From a virus: 64,000 nucleotides of DNA. Below the pieces are notes generated by a model that was not told where the DNA came from, did not search any database, and worked only from the letters and a program-made list of their open reading frames with translations. The DNA is taken from IMG/VR virus record IMGVR_UViG_3300033153_006492, positions 1 to 64,000 of that record; one strand, 5' to 3'. Position numbers and translations under genes: made by a program. Shown here one piece after another: positions 54,276 through 64,000 of this stretch; position 1 is the stretch's first letter; each line of letters opens with the position of its first letter.

Positions 54276-56165
54276 ATGCCAAAAAAAGAGGTGAGATATT
54301 TAGGTCGTGATTTCTCAGGATTAAGAGATGATTTAATGAACTTTTCTAAAGTTTATTTTCCTCATACATATAAAAATTTCAATGAAAGTTCGGTTGGAAT
54401 GATGTTTATAGAAATGGCGTCCTATGTTGGGGATGTACTTTCTTATTATACTGACAATGCATTGAAAGAAAGTTTGTTATTATACGCTGAAGAAGAACAA
54501 AATATATATGCTTTAGCTCATACATTAGGATATAAACCATCTTTATCAGTTCCAGCATATACTGATATTGATGTATATCAAATTGTTCCTGCTGTTGGAA
54601 CTGGGGCTGATGCTGTACCTAATTATCAATATGCTTTAATTCTTAATTCTGGAATGCAAGTACAAAGTGAAGCTGAATCGAATGTAATTTTTAGAACATT
54701 AGAAGATGTGAATTTTTCTGTATCAAGTTCTGATAATCCTACAGCAACATCAATATTTGAAACTGATGATAATGGGAATGTTACATTTTTTGTATTAAAG
54801 AAACCTGTGAGGGTGTCGGCTGGTGAAATTAAGAGTGTATCCTTTGCTTTCGGTGAACCAACAAGATTTGAAAAGAAGATATTAACTGAACCAAATATAA
54901 TTGAAATACTCGATGCGACTGATTCTGATGGTAATACATGGCATCATGTTCCATTTCTTGCACAAGATACTGTATTTGTTCAACTACGAAACATCGCTGC
55001 TAATGATAAAGATTTAGCGCAATATAATGATACGGCTCCGTATTTATTGAAATTACAAAAAACGGCTCGACGATTTACTTCAAGAATTCGTGGTGATAAG
55101 TCAATGGAATTACAATTTGGTGCTGGTGTATCTGATGATGCTGATGAATTATTAATTCCAAATCCAGCCAATGTAGGTTCAAATGTATTTGGAAGTGTTA
55201 CCTTTACAGATAATCCAATTGATCCAGCGAACTTTTTACATACGAGAACATATGGACAAGCGCCTCATAACACATCACTTACTGTAAATTATGTTGTTGG
55301 TGGTGGGTTTCCTTCAAATGTAAATCAAAATGATTTAACTAAAATTACTTTGGTTGATCATACGATTGATGATGATGCATTAGATACTGATATTTTACAA
55401 CAAGTTAAAGATTCCGTTGCTTGTAATAATCCAACAGCTGCCAATGGTGGTCGTGATGGTGAAACAGTTGAAGAAGTTAGACAAAATGCCTTAGCACATT
55501 TTCCTACTCAACTTCGTGCTGTTACGAAAGAAGATTATATTGTTCGTGCTTATTCGATGTCTCCTCGATATGGAGCAATTGCTAAAGCATATATTTTACC
55601 GGATGATCAATTGTCTGAGTCACCTGATACAGCGCCATTAGAAGGAATTGACAGAACACGAGTTCCAAATCCATTAGCATTGAATATGTATTTATTGGGG
55701 TATGATAACAACAAACGACTTACAGTATTGAATAAAGCGATAAAGGAAAATCTTAAAGTTTATCTTGGGCAGTATAGAATGTTGACAGATGCAATTAATA
55801 TTAAGAATGGATTTATAGTTAATATAGGACTTCAATTTTCGGTTGTCGCATTCAAGAATTACAATAAACGAGAAGTGATATTGAATTGTGTTGATAAATT
55901 GAAAGATATGTTTTCTATTGACAAATGGCAATTTAATCAGCCAATTATTCTCGCTGATATTCAAACAGAATTATTTAGTGTTGAAGGAGTTCAATCTGTT
56001 GTTAATGTTGAAGTGACTAATAAATGGCAAACGAGTGATGGGTATTCAGGATATATTTATGATATTAAGGCTGCGACGAAAGAAGGAGTAATTTATCCAT
56101 CATTAGATCCTTGTATTTTTGAAATTAAATATCCAAATCAAGACATTGAAGGGAGAGCGATATAA
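54276..56165 (+). CDS. baseplate wedge subunit (gp6/J-like)
   Basis: YLGRDF, EMASYVGDVLSYY, FGAG, GGRDGETVEEVR, RAVTKEDY. Confidence 0.9.
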   Translation: MPKKEVRYLGRDFSGLRDDLMNFSKVYFPHTYKNFNESSVGMMFIEMASYVGDVLSYYTDNALKESLLLYAEEEQNIYALAHTLGYKPSLSVPAYTDIDVYQIVPAVGTGADAVPNYQYALILNSGMQVQSEAESNVIFRTLEDVNFSVSSSDNPTATSIFETDDNGNVTFFVLKKPVRVSAGEIKSVSFAFGEPTRFEKKILTEPNIIEILDATDSDGNTWHHVPFLAQDTVFVQLRNIAANDKDLAQYNDTAPYLLKLQKTARRFTSRIRGDKSMELQFGAGVSDDADELLIPNPANVGSNVFGSVTFTDNPIDPANFLHTRTYGQAPHNTSLTVNYVVGGGFPSNVNQNDLTKITLVDHTIDDDALDTDILQQVKDSVACNNPTAANGGRDGETVEEVRQNALAHFPTQLRAVTKEDYIVRAYSMSPRYGAIAKAYILPDDQLSESPDTAPLEGIDRTRVPNPLALNMYLLGYDNNKRLTVLNKAIKENLKVYLGQYRMLTDAINIKNGFIVNIGLQFSVVAFKNYNKREVILNCVDKLKDMFSIDKWQFNQPIILADIQTELFSVEGVQSVVNVEVTNKWQTSDGYSGYIYDIKAATKEGVIYPSLDPCIFEIKYPNQDIEGRAI

Positions 56166-56716
56166 TGATTAGATTAAAAGAATTATTAACAGAGAAAACA
56201 GTTAAAGTAAAAGGATATTTCAAAAACGAAAAGGCTATACAAGATTTTATGGCTAAACTTGGTGCTAATGATAAAGTAGGTGATGATGTTATTGATGGTG
56301 AAACTGGCGAAGTAATAATGAATAAAGGCGAAACCAAAACGAAATTAGCTAAACGTGACAGAAAAAGTTTAGAAAAGTATGGTAACTGGGATAAATGGGA
56401 TTCATTTACATTTATCAATGATAGAAATTCACATAAAGAGGACTTTGAAGAATATTTCAATGTAATTTATCGAGACAATGCTAAAGGTATGAGCGATGAC
56501 GAAAAAGAAATGTTTCGTCAAGGTGATTATGAGTATGATTTTCAACTTCCAAGTAAAATAAAAAGAAAAGATGGAAAACCTTTTACTGATAATGACAAAC
56601 AAAATATAGAAAATTTTGGTGAATGGTATGGTCAGTATGTTTTATCTGGTGGTAACATTCATATTAGTGTGGGTATTGGCAAAAAGGTCGCTGATGGCGA
56701 ACCGCAATATATATAA
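56165..56716 (+). CDS. hypothetical virion protein
   Basis: N-terminal MIRLKELLTE. Confidence 0.7.
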   Translation: MIRLKELLTEKTVKVKGYFKNEKAIQDFMAKLGANDKVGDDVIDGETGEVIMNKGETKTKLAKRDRKSLEKYGNWDKWDSFTFINDRNSHKEDFEEYFNVIYRDNAKGMSDDEKEMFRQGDYEYDFQLPSKIKRKDGKPFTDNDKQNIENFGEWYGQYVLSGGNIHISVGIGKKVADGEPQYI

Positions 56717-56729
56717 TGGAGAATAAATA

Positions 56730-58340
56730 ATGCATTACTTTCTTTTCCCAGAAAAAGATAGCACAATATATGAAGATTCAGTAACACAGAATGCTGGGCT
56801 TGATCAGATATTAGAATTAGAAAAACGATTGGTTCATGAATTGGGTGATGTTCCGTGGAATTCGAGGATGTTAATTAAATTTGATTTAGATACCTTTTCT
56901 GCATCCCTTGATTCCGGTGAATTGGGTGGAACTGACATGAGATATTATCTTAATCTTTATACTTCTGAAGCTGTAGAAATCCCATTGTCGTATACTGTTT
57001 ATGCTTATCCTGTATCTCAATCGTGGGAAATGGGTACTGGTAAACGGGGAGACAGTCCCATATCAACAATAGGTGTTAGTTGGGAGTTGCGTGATGGTAT
57101 AACTCTTGCTGGTACGAGTGGTAGTACATGGGAAGCAACGGGAAGTGATTTCATAAGTGGTAGTGGATATGAAGCGAGCCAATCATTTGATTTTCAGACA
57201 ACTGATCTTCATTTGGATGTTACGACTATGGTTGAATCGTGGTTAGATGGTACACTTGATAATCACGGATTTTTAATTAAACGAAGTGATGCTGATGAAC
57301 GCAGTGTTCTTAATCATGGGAATCTTCAATTTTTCTCTAATGAAACTCACACGATTTATCGCCCAAGATTAGAAGCTATTTGGAAAGATTTTACATATTC
57401 TCCATATACAATAACGACAACGAGTCAAACCGGGACAAGCTCAATTGATGTTGATAGTAAAACGACAACTCCAATAATATCTTATACAACACTAACATCA
57501 TATACTGGAAGTGGAATAAGTGTAAACACTGGATATTTTACTCAGAGTGCTAATATCAACACTTGGTATAGCGAAAGTTATTCGTGGATAACTTCTTCAC
57601 TTTATTCGTATACATCGAGTTTGGGATTATATCACAGTTCCAGTGCGATTTATACATATACGACTGCTTCATCTAATATATATGTGAGTGCAAGTAATAC
57701 ATGGATCAGTAGTAGTTTTAATCGACCAGCTACTGTAAGTGATTTTTATACAGCGAGTCTTGGTCCTGAATATGAAAGCGGTAGTGTATATTTTAGTAGT
57801 GGTTCAATAACATCGAGTGATGCTGTATGGACATATAACTCTACAACTGGAGTATATAGCAGTCAAAGTTTAGTTGCTGTGAATGCAAATTATATATGGA
57901 CGAGTTCGAGTTTATCGAGTTCGATTATAGAATCAAGCACGACGACACAGATGATGTATCCGATAACATCAGAAGGTTTTGTATCATGGATACCAAATAT
58001 ATATGATGAATATCGTCAAAATACAAAAGCACGCTTTAGAGTGAATGGTAGAGAATTGTATCCAAGAAAAACATATGTGACTGAAAGTTGGGATTATTCA
58101 AGGAATACACAATTTTTGCCTACTCAATCGTATTATTCTATACGGGATGCTTGGACTGAAACTGAATGGATACCATTTTCATCTTATACACAACTTTCGG
58201 TTGATACGTCTGGTAGTTATTTTGATTTACGATTGCAAGGATTAGAACCTGAAAATGTTTATAGAATTATGTTTAAGATTATACAAGATGGAATAGAAAA
58301 AATAATTGACAATGACAATATGTTTAGGATAATTAGATAA
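56730..58340 (+). CDS. virion structural protein with Ser/Thr-rich insert
   Basis: KDSTIY...GLDQILEL, FFSNETHTIYRPRL; S/T-rich middle segment. Confidence 0.75.
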   Translation: MHYFLFPEKDSTIYEDSVTQNAGLDQILELEKRLVHELGDVPWNSRMLIKFDLDTFSASLDSGELGGTDMRYYLNLYTSEAVEIPLSYTVYAYPVSQSWEMGTGKRGDSPISTIGVSWELRDGITLAGTSGSTWEATGSDFISGSGYEASQSFDFQTTDLHLDVTTMVESWLDGTLDNHGFLIKRSDADERSVLNHGNLQFFSNETHTIYRPRLEAIWKDFTYSPYTITTTSQTGTSSIDVDSKTTTPIISYTTLTSYTGSGISVNTGYFTQSANINTWYSESYSWITSSLYSYTSSLGLYHSSSAIYTYTTASSNIYVSASNTWISSSFNRPATVSDFYTASLGPEYESGSVYFSSGSITSSDAVWTYNSTTGVYSSQSLVAVNANYIWTSSSLSSSIIESSTTTQMMYPITSEGFVSWIPNIYDEYRQNTKARFRVNGRELYPRKTYVTESWDYSRNTQFLPTQSYYSIRDAWTETEWIPFSSYTQLSVDTSGSYFDLRLQGLEPENVYRIMFKIIQDGIEKIIDNDNMFRIIR

Positions 58341-59830
58341 TGGCTACTACATTAAAAAAAGCATTGGATGTTCAAGATCAACAAGTTTGGATAACTGACA
58401 AGAAACGTTCTCTTGATGGAGCACAGATACGTTCTCTTGATGAACGGTTGAAAGCTCAATTAGATACTCAAGCATCTGGAGGTATTGTTCCGACGAAACG
58501 GGATGAAATAGGAAACATTCTTTTGTATGAAGATCCAGTATTTGAAAATTCACAATTACAACGGACAGACCAATATATTTCTATTGGTTTAGTGAAACCT
58601 GATTATGATGACGAACAAGTAAAAGAAGTTTTGGACTTAGACATAAAAGAATTATTTACGACGGCTGATTTAAGTGAAATTGAACGTTTGAGAAAAGAAT
58701 TGGAAGACGCTCGGAAAGATTTGAGGGATGCTAATGCACGAATTATTATTAATGAAACAATTATCCCAACTGCACCAACAGAAGAACGGCCTGGAGAACC
58801 TACTGGTTCATTTTCTGGAGAGTTTCCAAAAATCGTTCATATATTACCTGATTTAGAATCTGGGTTGCCATCTGCAAGCGATTTGAAATTTGGTGTTAAT
58901 ACATCAATTTTTAATGACGAAACATATACATTAGAAAATATGGGTTCTCCAAATCCAGTTAGTATTAAATGGTGGGTCATTGATCATATGTCAGAAATCG
59001 TATTTGCTAAAGGAGTTTCAGATACGTTATATGATGTAGAACAAGATATTAATGGATTTTCGTTTTTGGAATATTCAATAGATTTAGATGTTGTTCTTAT
59101 GTTAGAAAACATTCCATCAAATTTTAATGGTTGGTATGTAAATGATCAATCTCAAGGAGTTCTTGAAGAATATACTAAATTTTCTGATGTACCTGAGGTA
59201 AGATTTAGATTTATGAGAAGGAAGGGTACTGGTATTCCTTTCATTGATGAACATAGAAATTTTTATTATATTTTAGCAACATTTCTACGTGAACCTCCAG
59301 TTATTCCATCGGGTGATATTACTAAAGTCAATGTTACGACAGCAAAAATGTTGGATGGTTTTGTGGGAGTGAAAAGTAGCTTTAATGTGGAAATGAGTGT
59401 AACAGAATTTGATGCTGTAGGAAATAGAGTTGGTGGAGAATCCATAACAGTTCCGTATATAATTGTTGGACAAACCGGTAATACAGTTATGATCACGACT
59501 GACCCTGTTGTTAGCGACGCGTATATTACTGGAAGAATTGGCGAAGAAAATAGATACCGATTTGATGGTTGGTATGGTTCTCCAAATCATGTAACTGGTG
59601 TTAGTGCTAAATTAGGAAATGATCTTTCTATAACTGTTGAATTGAAAGGTGTCTACACAAACATTGTTGCTGGATATGTGATTGATGATACAGTACCAAC
59701 ATATCCACCATTAGATGATCCACCTTCATATGAACCACCAATGCCTGATCCTCCTGACGAACCATTACCTCCTGACGAACCAGTTGATGACCCTCGACGA
59801 GGAGATTGGAATTTTGATCCATCACCATAA
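58340..59830 (+). CDS. putative virion protein with beta-rich domains and Pro/Asp tail
   Basis: FNGWY/FDGWY repeats, PPxD tail. Confidence 0.7.
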   Translation: MATTLKKALDVQDQQVWITDKKRSLDGAQIRSLDERLKAQLDTQASGGIVPTKRDEIGNILLYEDPVFENSQLQRTDQYISIGLVKPDYDDEQVKEVLDLDIKELFTTADLSEIERLRKELEDARKDLRDANARIIINETIIPTAPTEERPGEPTGSFSGEFPKIVHILPDLESGLPSASDLKFGVNTSIFNDETYTLENMGSPNPVSIKWWVIDHMSEIVFAKGVSDTLYDVEQDINGFSFLEYSIDLDVVLMLENIPSNFNGWYVNDQSQGVLEEYTKFSDVPEVRFRFMRRKGTGIPFIDEHRNFYYILATFLREPPVIPSGDITKVNVTTAKMLDGFVGVKSSFNVEMSVTEFDAVGNRVGGESITVPYIIVGQTGNTVMITTDPVVSDAYITGRIGEENRYRFDGWYGSPNHVTGVSAKLGNDLSITVELKGVYTNIVAGYVIDDTVPTYPPLDDPPSYEPPMPDPPDEPLPPDEPVDDPRRGDWNFDPSP

Positions 59831-59844
59831 AGGAAGGTGAATTA

Positions 59845-60345
59845 ATGTGGAAATATAATGAAGTAATTGAAACGGAAAAAAAACCAAATACTCCCACACT
59901 AAAAAAATATCATATGTGGAAGGACATATTTTTATCATTTAATAATATTGATAAATATAAAGTTTGGTTATGTGGAAAATTTTTAGATGGCAATGATACA
60001 AAAGACATTGATATTGTATTAACAGACAGCGATGATATAAATTATACTGAAATTGAAAAGATATTAATTGATGGTATACGATTAGGATTAGATAAATTTA
60101 ATATGTTTGTAGATGTTCAATATCAGCATGTTCCTCCATTTTATGATGGCGAAAAAACATTTGTAACAAAAAAATTAATAGCGACGAATAAAGTAATACA
60201 AGATAACAAAGTTTTAGTTGATTGGGAAGATGGAAAACAAGTTAGTGATAATTTGTGGGAATATGAACGGACGTTACCGTCTGAAAAACAATTAAAAAGA
60301 ATACGTGGCGGATATGTATATAAGACACCGATTTTATTAAATTAG
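59845..60345 (+). CDS. nucleotidyltransferase-like protein
   Basis: WLCGKF...TKDIDIVL...VD pol-beta-like motif. Confidence 0.5.
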   Translation: MWKYNEVIETEKKPNTPTLKKYHMWKDIFLSFNNIDKYKVWLCGKFLDGNDTKDIDIVLTDSDDINYTEIEKILIDGIRLGLDKFNMFVDVQYQHVPPFYDGEKTFVTKKLIATNKVIQDNKVLVDWEDGKQVSDNLWEYERTLPSEKQLKRIRGGYVYKTPILLN

Positions 60346-60353
60346 AGAGACTG

Positions 60354-63300
60354 ATGGATATAAAAACATATAAAAATTTTGATGAAATAAAAGCTGCTAC
60401 TGATCAAATTAGAGGTGAAGTATTTAAGCAAGAAGATTTAGATTTAATTTGGTTAGGCGGAGCAGAATCATATATTTTGGAAACATATGGAACGATAAAC
60501 ACTGATACGGTAGAATTATCTGTATATGATATGGATGATAATTTACTTTCATGGAATGTATTGCGTGAACCTCCACAGATATATAATAAAAACATTGTAT
60601 TGTCTCCAGGTAAATCTCTTAGAGACTTAGAATTCAGAAGAGGACAGTATAGAATATCATATAATCTTTTTAGAAATATGCTTGGTTCATCTGAAGGAAG
60701 TAAATTATATATTGAAGAAATATCACCTTCGAGAAAAGAAGTTCGAGTTCGTCCAGTCAAAACAGCAAGTCCTGAAAGAAATATAATATTTAATGGGCAA
60801 GTAGAAAATTTTTCTGACAAGGGTATTGAAGCAGATCAATTTAAAATATTTTTTAATAGACAACTTAATTCTTTACAAGCCCATGAAGTAATTCAAGACA
60901 GATCATCGTATGAATACAAATTATTAGAAAATGATATATTAGTATTGAAGAAATCAACAATAAAATATTTATCTAATACTCTTTCTAAATATCATATGAA
61001 GATATTAAATATTGGACATCAACGACGATTGATCTCTAAAGCCGTAACACTCGCTATGACTGAAACATTTGGTGTTGGTTGGAATAAAACGGCAATTGCA
61101 CATGTATTAATTCCATTTAAAGCAGTATTAAGTACATTTGTAACTGTTACTGATTATAGTGGAAATATCAATTATTATTTAAATTTTGGTAATAATAATC
61201 AGGCTGTTGTAACGAATTGGGTTAGAGATGACATAAAATATCCAGATTCACCATATTCAATTGTATTCAAATTATATGAATCATTACCAAAGGACATAAA
61301 AGAAAAACAGCAATTATGGATTTCTTATTTAATTAATCGTCCAGTAATTGAAAAAGTTTTTATGCTTGGATTAGAAAATGAAATTGAAAATGGATTCATA
61401 ATAAGACCAGCAAATTTTGATGTTAATGTAGGTGGAATGACTGGTCGTGACACAGGTTATCAAACATGGACGGATTTAGTATCTACTCAGCCGACGACTA
61501 CAGAAGCTGTTCTTGATTATTACATGAGCGCTTCCGATTCTGGTGATATTGAACTTAACATTGATTATTCTGATTACGCTAATTTCATTCATTTTGGTTC
61601 AGCTGAAGAACGATTGAAAAATTTTAAATATAAGCTTGAATTAATTGAATCTTATAATGCTAACATTGCAACAATAGAATCATATACAGTCAGTTTATAT
61701 ACGTCTCAAAGTGTTGCTGGGTTTCAAACAAAAATACGACAAGTAAAGAATGGATTTGATTCGTATGATAGGCATTTATATTATACATCTGGCTCACAAT
61801 ATTCTGGTTCATTAGTATCAAATGAAACATATTTATTTAATGCTATAAATGAGTGGCCTAAGAATAATACAAAATATCCATATACTTTATATGGAACAAC
61901 AGCATCTGAAGCTACTGACTGGTATGCTAATCAATTGGCTATCACTCAACGATTTGATACTGACAATATCCATAATTTTAGAAATAATTTACCAGCGTAC
62001 ATAACGACCGACGAAAACAATGAAGATTACTTGAATTTCACATATATGATTGGTCAACATTTTGATACGACGTACACATATATAAAACAATTAACATTAA
62101 CATCAAATCGTGATGAATCCTTGTATGAAGGATTGGCTAAAGATTTAACGTATCATGTAGCATCGTCTCAAGGTTTTGATATGTTTAATGGCAATGATAA
62201 TGCTGATCTTTGGAGATGGGCATTTGGATATAATGAATATGGAACATATCATACAGGAAGTGTGAGTGGCTCAAATGAAGATTGGTTGCCATATAGTGAT
62301 GTATCAAAAGAGATATGGTTAAGGATTCTTAATAATTTACCATATATTTTAAAGACGAAGGGTACTGAACGTTCAATTAAGGCTCTGTTGGCTTGTTATG
62401 GAATACCAACATCAATGATGACTATTCGCGAATATGGAGGACCTGATCCAAGAGATTATCCAGATATTCAAGATAAGTCGGCTTATATATTTGAAGATTT
62501 TGTTTATGGAGCTGATTTTGAAGGAAGCCAAAGTGTTGATTTTACTTGGGGGAATATATCAGGTAGTCATATACCTTATTCAACAGAAATTAGATTTGCT
62601 GCTGCTCCGACGACAAAACCAACTCAATCAATTTTTGGAACGACGACATGGGGAGTAACGCTTCATAATAATCAAGATGGAACGGGATATTTACAAATAC
62701 AAGATGGTTCCTCTGCAGCAAGAACGGAAGATTATAGATATTTTGATAATGAATTTAATAGTATATTAGTTAGAATGAGTGGAAGCGACTTTGATGATGT
62801 TCAACTTCTTACGAAAAAAGCTGAATATGATAGAATCATTTGGCATTCATCGGCAAGTATTACTGGTGATATAACAACTGGTGGAACATTTTATATTGGT
62901 GGGAATGCGGCTTATACATTTGGTCAACAATTTACTGGTTCAATTCAAGAATTTCGTTGTTATTATAGTGCGCTATCAGAATCTACATGGAATAATCATG
63001 TGAGGTGGCCTAAGGCTTATAATGCTAATGACCCTAAAAGAACTTATTATGATTTGATATTACGATATTCATTTGATGATCCAAAAAATCATTCGTCTGA
63101 TACTTCTGTAAGTGACATAAAAGCGAATCAAGGATTTACTACTCCTGGAACAGCAGTTAATTTTGATGATTGGGTGAATTACACACCGAGAACTGAAGAA
63201 TTCGCTGCATTAACTCCTAACATCGGCGGTGGACGCTTTATAAAGAATAAAATACGACTTGAAAATAATGAATTGATTGGTGATTTAAGTCCTCGCCAAC

Positions 63301-64000
63301 GTTCGGAATTAAGTTCATATGATAGAGCCCCAAATGATTCTGCTAAGTTAGGAATTTATTTTAGCCCATTAGATGCTATAAATAAAGATATAATAGCGAC
63401 ATTTGCTGGAATTGATTTGGCTGGCGAAATGGGTGATCCAAGAGATAGATACGAAGAAACATATAGAGATCTCGTAGAATTACAAACAGAATATTGGAAG
63501 AAATATACTGATAGACCTCAGGTTAATGATTTTATTAGAGTAATACGACAATTTGACCAATCATTTTTCAATCAATTGAGATCATTGATTCCTGCTCGTG
63601 CTAAACCTGTTATTGGTGTATTAATTGAACCAACTATACTTGAACGTGATAAAATAAAATGGCAAGCTCCAAGCTATGAACGAAATGATTATGAAGGAGA
63701 TCCAATAAATGTTGAACATCAATTAACTCAGAGTTGGGATTACATTAAGTATGAAGGTAATTTATCATTTTCATATGCAAGTTCGTCTGAATATATATTA
63801 TATGAAGGATTGCGTGATCTTGGATTATGGGCAACATCAAGTTATTATGTGGGTGAACAACAATATATTCCAATGGTTAAACCTATTCAAGATACTCAAA
63901 CAGGTTCATTTACCATACGACAAGTTTATGCTTATATAACATCGTCAATTGATGCTGGTGGGGCTGTTACATATAGTCGTTTATCATCAAGGACTCTTTC
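60354..64000 (+). CDS. large baseplate/virion protein (partial, runs off window)
   Basis: Frame from ATG 60354 with EISPSRKEVR, FGSAEERLKNF, MIGQHFD, LKTKGTERS and LamG-like FTGSIQEFR; absent from ORF track because no stop lies in the window. Confidence 0.85.
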   Translation, partial: MDIKTYKNFDEIKAATDQIRGEVFKQEDLDLIWLGGAESYILETYGTINTDTVELSVYDMDDNLLSWNVLREPPQIYNKNIVLSPGKSLRDLEFRRGQYRISYNLFRNMLGSSEGSKLYIEEISPSRKEVRVRPVKTASPERNIIFNGQVENFSDKGIEADQFKIFFNRQLNSLQAHEVIQDRSSYEYKLLENDILVLKKSTIKYLSNTLSKYHMKILNIGHQRRLISKAVTLAMTETFGVGWNKTAIAHVLIPFKAVLSTFVTVTDYSGNINYYLNFGNNNQAVVTNWVRDDIKYPDSPYSIVFKLYESLPKDIKEKQQLWISYLINRPVIEKVFMLGLENEIENGFIIRPANFDVNVGGMTGRDTGYQTWTDLVSTQPTTTEAVLDYYMSASDSGDIELNIDYSDYANFIHFGSAEERLKNFKYKLELIESYNANIATIESYTVSLYTSQSVAGFQTKIRQVKNGFDSYDRHLYYTSGSQYSGSLVSNETYLFNAINEWPKNNTKYPYTLYGTTASEATDWYANQLAITQRFDTDNIHNFRNNLPAYITTDENNEDYLNFTYMIGQHFDTTYTYIKQLTLTSNRDESLYEGLAKDLTYHVASSQGFDMFNGNDNADLWRWAFGYNEYGTYHTGSVSGSNEDWLPYSDVSKEIWLRILNNLPYILKTKGTERSIKALLACYGIPTSMMTIREYGGPDPRDYPDIQDKSAYIFEDFVYGADFEGSQSVDFTWGNISGSHIPYSTEIRFAAAPTTKPTQSIFGTTTWGVTLHNNQDGTGYLQIQDGSSAARTEDYRYFDNEFNSILVRMSGSDFDDVQLLTKKAEYDRIIWHSSASITGDITTGGTFYIGGNAAYTFGQQFTGSIQEFRCYYSALSESTWNNHVRWPKAYNANDPKRTYYDLILRYSFDDPKNHSSDTSVSDIKANQGFTTPGTAVNFDDWVNYTPRTEEFAALTPNIGGGRFIKNKIRLENNELIGDLSPRQRSELSSYDRAPNDSAKLGIYFSPLDAINKDIIATFAGIDLAGEMGDPRDRYEETYRDLVELQTEYWKKYTDRPQVNDFIRVIRQFDQSFFNQLRSLIPARAKPVIGVLIEPTILERDKIKWQAPSYERNDYEGDPINVEHQLTQSWDYIKYEGNLSFSYASSSEYILYEGLRDLGLWATSSYYVGEQQYIPMVKPIQDTQTGSFTIRQVYAYITSSIDAGGAVTYSRLSSRTL

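Noticed and set aside
1975-60820. Minus-strand ORFs in the six-frame track
   Set aside because: They are shadows of + strand genes or tRNAs, with no recognisable motifs; all credible genes here are on +.
1-64000. Genome-wide TAG reassignment (code 15)
   Set aside because: Long genes are intact in code 11 and several conserved proteins end properly at TAG.

Overview
This window is an AT-rich segment of a large myovirus-type (jumbo or huge) phage. It is coded almost entirely on the + strand in genetic code 11. Positions 1-7.2 kb hold a dense stable-RNA cluster: about 24 tRNAs mixed with small ORFs, three Y-RNA-like genes and several tRNA-shaped RNAs carrying large insertions. Accessory and RNA/NAD-metabolism genes follow: radical SAM, PncB, Pth2, an amber-suppressor tRNA, a DEDDh exonuclease, Hsp20 and Ro60/TROVE preceded by three more Y-like RNAs. 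Next come a helicase/split-MTase/nuclease locus, Thg1, NUDIX, SNF2 helicase, HAD, NADAR, HNH, SufU and SPFH. After these are a broken PncA with a vWA-PP2C-kinase module, peptide deformylase, tmRNA and an HD protein. A gp55-like late sigma factor precedes the baseplate/virion genes that run from about 51 kb off the window end. There are four main candidate systems. (1) A UAG-readthrough-gated translational switch upstream of orf-pth2-suppressor tRNA. (2) Ro60 with six Y-like RNAs that share a bulged-C helix and UUAUC-like motif but carry different cargo domains. (3) A possible Ro60-sensing attenuator in the ro60 leader. (4) A family of tRNA scaffolds with 40-250 nt inserts. All structures were folded by eye, so coordinates may be off by 1-2 nt. 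Protein calls come from motif recognition, not database searches.
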